Positions 61,205 to 64,000 of a DNA stretch of 64,000 nucleotides are shown piece after piece. How positions within the stretch are numbered: position 1 is the stretch's first letter; every line of letters begins with the position of its first letter. The notes under the pieces were generated by a model, which was not told where the DNA came from, made no database searches, and worked only from the letters and a program-made list of their open reading frames with translations. Source of the stretch: a virus (Duplodnaviria > Heunggongvirae > Uroviricota > Caudoviricetes); IMG/VR virus record IMGVR_UViG_3300020576_002722, positions 1-64,000 of that record. One strand, given 5' to 3'. Both the position numbers and the translations under genes were made by a program.

Positions 61205-61986
61205 TTGAAGTAGGAGTCGATGCGTTCGCGGATCTCCCTCATGCTTCCAGCCCTAGTGATCACCCCGTCAGCGAACACCACATCGAAGGCGCAGTCGTGA
61301 ACATCTTCCCATGATGCCTGCTCCTGCAATAGGAACCCGTGATCGTGGTCGTGGTGTACAGCCAGGAGCCCCTTGGCGCTGTTCTTTCCACCATTGTCGG
61401 TCTTCGGCTTCTTGAAGATCTCGCGAGGCTTGTAGTTCACCACTCCGTAGGTGGCCTTGATCGCCATGCCGTAGGTGTCACGGGTCACATACTGGTACGT
61501 GTAGCTGCCGATGCCGAACACGACATTGGTGCTGGCGAACCCTTTCGCGATCAGCCTGTCGACGATCTTCTGGGCACGCTCCGGGGTGATGCTGTCTCCG
61601 TAGATGGCACCGATATGCGGGTCGAGAACCTTGAATCCCTTCTCGTTCACGGTACCTCCGAAGGTGTTCCATAGGCACTCAATGAGCCCTTTGCCCTCTG
61701 GGGTCATCTTGGTAAAGGTTCTAGTACCAGGAAGATGGTATCCGCACAGGATGTCCACCGGATCCCCGCTGTCTGGCCTGATCACCACCTTGCCTTCACG
61801 ATTCATGATCTCTGATTTCAGGGCCGGCAGATACTCGGTGACCACCTTCCAGAAGTCCCATGTGTCGCTGACGATGCTGATGATCCCGGACGGATGTACC
61901 TCAGTGATCAGGCGCTTGAAGTGGAGAAATTCCCCTCTTGTAAGTCTCTCTTCTTCAGAGAGTTTCCTTGTCCGTGTTTTCTTCAT
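61201..61986 (-). CDS. nadV: Nicotinamide phosphoribosyltransferase, C-terminal half (separate ORF, 261 aa)
   Basis: IVSDTWDFW, VIRPDSGDP, IYGDSIT and VVFGIGSYTYQYVTRDTYGMAIKATYGVVN align with the C-terminal catalytic half of NAMPT. Confidence 0.8.
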   Translation of the reverse strand: MKKTRTRKLSEEERLTRGEFLHFKRLITEVHPSGIISIVSDTWDFWKVVTEYLPALKSEIMNREGKVVIRPDSGDPVDILCGYHLPGTRTFTKMTPEGKGLIECLWNTFGGTVNEKGFKVLDPHIGAIYGDSITPERAQKIVDRLIAKGFASTNVVFGIGSYTYQYVTRDTYGMAIKATYGVVNYKPREIFKKPKTDNGGKNSAKGLLAVHHDHDHGFLLQEQASWEDVHDCAFDVVFADGVITRAGSMREIRERIDSYFK

Positions 61987-62012
61987 ACTTTTGCTGTCGT
62001 TAACATGACCCT

Positions 62013-62675
62013 ATGATCGGGACAAAGATATGCTCCAGATGCAAGGATCGAAAGGTTCTTGACGAATTTCCAGTGAACTCCAGGTTCCCGGACGGAAGGA
62101 ACTCCAAATGCAAGCTCTGTACGAACGCACTGAACAAGGCTTACAGGGACTCCAATAAGGAGGCATTCTGCGCATCCAGGAGAAGGCACTACATAGCAAA
62201 CCTGGAGAAGATGCGATCTGGAAGGCGAAAGTACGCCGCATCCAACAAGGACAAAAAGAGCCAGTATGATGTATCGTACAGGGCTCAAAACAAATCCAAA
62301 ATAGCGGCCTACAAGAAACAGTGGGAAAGGAACCTCATGAGTGACCCTGTGTTCAGGATCAAGAGAAACCTTCGCCGCAGGATTAGTCACGTCCTTAACG
62401 GAAGACTGAAGACGGCAGATACGTTCAGCCTCGTTGGATGTACGCCGTCCGAGTTCAGGGACCACATTCAGTCCCAATGGACCGAAGGGATGTCCTGGGA
62501 TAACTACGGATACCGTGGATGGCATGTTGATCATGTGATACCGTGCTGCTCATTTGATCTGTCTACCGAGGATGGCCAGAGAAGGTGTTTTCACTTCAGC
62601 AACCAAAGGCCGCTATGGGCATTAGACAACCTTCGGAAGGGCAGGAAGATCCCTGACCCACTTCCATTGTCCTGA
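62013..62675 (+). mobile_element. HNH homing endonuclease gene (220 aa) on the strand opposite to the nadV gene it splits
   Basis: CSRCKDRK and CKLC zinc knuckles. GYRGWHVDHVIPCCSF...NQRPLWALDNLRKG HNH core. AT-rich relative to flanks. Its 3' end overlaps the nadV N-half tail by 54 nt. Confidence 0.75.
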
Positions 62676-63452
62676 CGCCTCGTCGTACTCCTCTTCAACC
62701 TCCAGCACCTCTTCTGCATAATCTGTTGATGCAAGGCAGCAGACAGCATGTTCTGTGGCCGGCACCGAGTATCCGTCTGCACCTCCGTAGTACTCGTCAC
62801 AGAAGTCGAGCGCAGCGAACGTATCGGTCCCAAGGAACGATGTCAGGTGCGCGGCACCGCTCATGATAGCGGCCTCCACTCCGAACATCCCGCGCATCGA
62901 GAAGTCGTGGCCCTGGAACTTGACGAAGAACTTGTCGCCGCCACTCATTTCTGCGGCCCCCTCCAGGATCTGCCGGTACCGGAACGCCGTAGTTGCTGAC
63001 GTGATCATCGGCCACAGGGTGACAGACATCAGGGTCTCCAGGTAGTTCGGCAGCCAGTAGGCGCTCGGGTGCGTGTTGTAGGTCACCAGGAACGGGACCT
63101 TTGTCCGGACCTTTGATCCTTCAGGCAGCGCCATGATCGTGATCGGCAGGTATCCTAGATCATGCAGCTCTTCGATATGCTTCATCGATACCTTGTCGGG
63201 CCCAAGGTACGCGTCGATGCGCTTCTTGTAGGCAGCGACCGCGTCAGCCTTCGGAACCCCGAAGAAGGATTCATTCCACTCCTTTATCAGGTAGCGCTTG
63301 ATGTAGTACTTGAGGCCAAAGAAGATGTTGTAGTCGACACCAGGAATGCGGCTGCTCCTTGATGTCATGTTGTTGAACACGAGCGACGTTCCTTCCGGGA
63401 ACATGGGCGCATGTCCCACCTTGTATCCGTCTGTCAGGTTGAGCGCTTTCAT
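62622..63452 (-). CDS. nadV: Nicotinamide phosphoribosyltransferase, N-terminal half (276 aa from MKALNLTDGYK)
   Basis: LNLTDGYKVGHAPMFPEG, FQGHDFSMRGMFGVEAAIMSGAAHLTSFLGTDT and GYSVPATEH align with the NAMPT N-terminal half. The last ~40 aa do not align and read into the spacer. Confidence 0.8.
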   Translation of the reverse strand: MKALNLTDGYKVGHAPMFPEGTSLVFNNMTSRSSRIPGVDYNIFFGLKYYIKRYLIKEWNESFFGVPKADAVAAYKKRIDAYLGPDKVSMKHIEELHDLGYLPITIMALPEGSKVRTKVPFLVTYNTHPSAYWLPNYLETLMSVTLWPMITSATTAFRYRQILEGAAEMSGGDKFFVKFQGHDFSMRGMFGVEAAIMSGAAHLTSFLGTDTFAALDFCDEYYGGADGYSVPATEHAVCCLASTDYAEEVLEVEEEYDEASGQWKWVRDLPALPKVV

Positions 63453-64000
63453 ATCTCTGTGCGGTTGATGCGTGATTCGTCGATACTGTCGAGCATGAAC
63501 GAGTTGGTCGTGTAGATGGCGTCGATTCCGTCGTTCAGCAATACGTCTAGGCCGTGCGTGAAGAGGCCGTGCGTGGCGCATAGGATGACCTTCTGGGCTC
63601 CGGCGTACTTCAGCTTCTTGGACAGCTCGATGAACGTCCTTCCTCCGTCGCAGATGTCGTCGACGATGATGACATCCTTATTGAGTAGGTCTGCTCCCAT
63701 GATCGCACCTGGGATCACTTTTCCGTCCTCCCTCCTCTTCGTCGTGAAGCAGATGCCATTGGTGTTGCCAACTGCGGCCGACATCAGGTCCACGCGCTTC
63801 ATGGCACCCAAGTCTGGTGCGCAGAACACAGCGTCAGGATACGCGGCCTTCGCAGCCATGACGTGGCCGACGAACCGCATGGTCGTGTAGTTGTCGATCA
63901 GCGCCGGCATCACATCGCTGTGCGGATCCAATGACATCACGCTCGTGTACCCCTGCGCATTGATCAACTTAGCCATGACCGACGCCGACAGGGCCTCCCC
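63449..64000 (-). CDS. prs: Ribose-phosphate pyrophosphokinase (PRPP synthetase), 5'-partial at the window edge
   Basis: VIIVDDICDGGRT PRPP-binding loop. Aligns with the C-terminal two-thirds of Prs. Frame stays open to the window end. ATGA-coupled to nadV. Confidence 0.8.
   Translation of the reverse strand, partial: GEALSASVMAKLINAQGYTSVMSLDPHSDVMPALIDNYTTMRFVGHVMAAKAAYPDAVFCAPDLGAMKRVDLMSAAVGNTNGICFTTKRREDGKVIPGAIMGADLLNKDVIIVDDICDGGRTFIELSKKLKYAGAQKVILCATHGLFTHGLDVLLNDGIDAIYTTNSFMLDSIDESRINRTEI

Noticed and set aside
61987-62621. Group I intron interrupting nadV
   Set aside because: After subtracting the 663-nt HNH ORF, only ~150 nt of spacer remain, too short for a group I core. Both nadV halves also have their own start and stop codons. 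A free-standing HEG split is more parsimonious, though splicing is not excluded.
1-64000. CRISPR arrays, integrase or attachment sites, rRNA, transposases
   Set aside because: I found no direct-repeat and spacer arrays, no tyrosine or serine recombinase motifs, and no rRNA-like sequence. The T-loop-like repeats were considered as att-site tRNA fragments but ten different copies make that implausible.

Overview
This 64 kb window looks like a contiguous piece of a large, gene-dense, high-GC (~60%) tailed dsDNA phage or prophage. I found no rRNA, CRISPR array, integrase or transposase. Secreted-protein genes carry Bacteroidota-style signal peptides and lipoboxes (MMKKLLLILSLL..., LTSCS, LDSCAQ), and start codons sit behind A/C-rich leaders with no Shine-Dalgarno, so a Bacteroidota host is a reasonable guess.

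Layout, in order:
- 1-21.5 kb (+): virion and tail module. It holds a 2753-aa protein with an HExxH motif, collagen-like tail fibres and a beta-helix tailspike.
- 21.5-24.3 kb: holin, an HNH homing endonuclease on the opposite strand, a calcineurin-like phosphoesterase and an SPFH protein.
- 24.4-25.1 kb: tRNA cluster with Phe, Asn and Gly plus one aberrant tRNA-like gene.
- 25.6-30.6 kb (+): translationally coupled operon of secreted and lipoprotein genes, including an 834-aa FN3 protein with dockerin-like repeats.
- 30.7-44 kb (mostly -): replication and recombination module. It contains RNA ligase, VRR-NUC, endonuclease VII, three HNH genes, a primase-like gene, DnaB helicase, a DnaA-domain-IV-like HTH protein, tRNA-Arg, an SSB-like gene and a ParB-like gene.
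- 44-50.2 kb (-): about 15 small genes separated by highly regular structured spacers.
- 50.2-51.6 kb: Cro/CI-like HTH gene plus a ~1.2 kb repeat-rich non-coding control region.
- 51.6-56.1 kb (+): small membrane proteins and a second tail-fibre gene.
- 56.1-64 kb (-): MazG-like, GT-A glycosyltransferase-like, Macro domain, a nicotinamide phosphoribosyltransferase gene split by an opposite-strand HNH gene, and the 3' part of a PRPP synthetase gene.

The most unusual content is the 44-50.2 kb cluster. Between consecutive small genes sit ten tRNA-like minihelix elements, each a T-arm plus an acceptor-like stem. Most of them lack D and anticodon arms. Each is followed by a hairpin whose stem covaries while its loop stays AUGUGA, and the hairpin sits 10-11 nt upstream of the next start codon. 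All coordinates and folds were read by eye, so they should be confirmed computationally.
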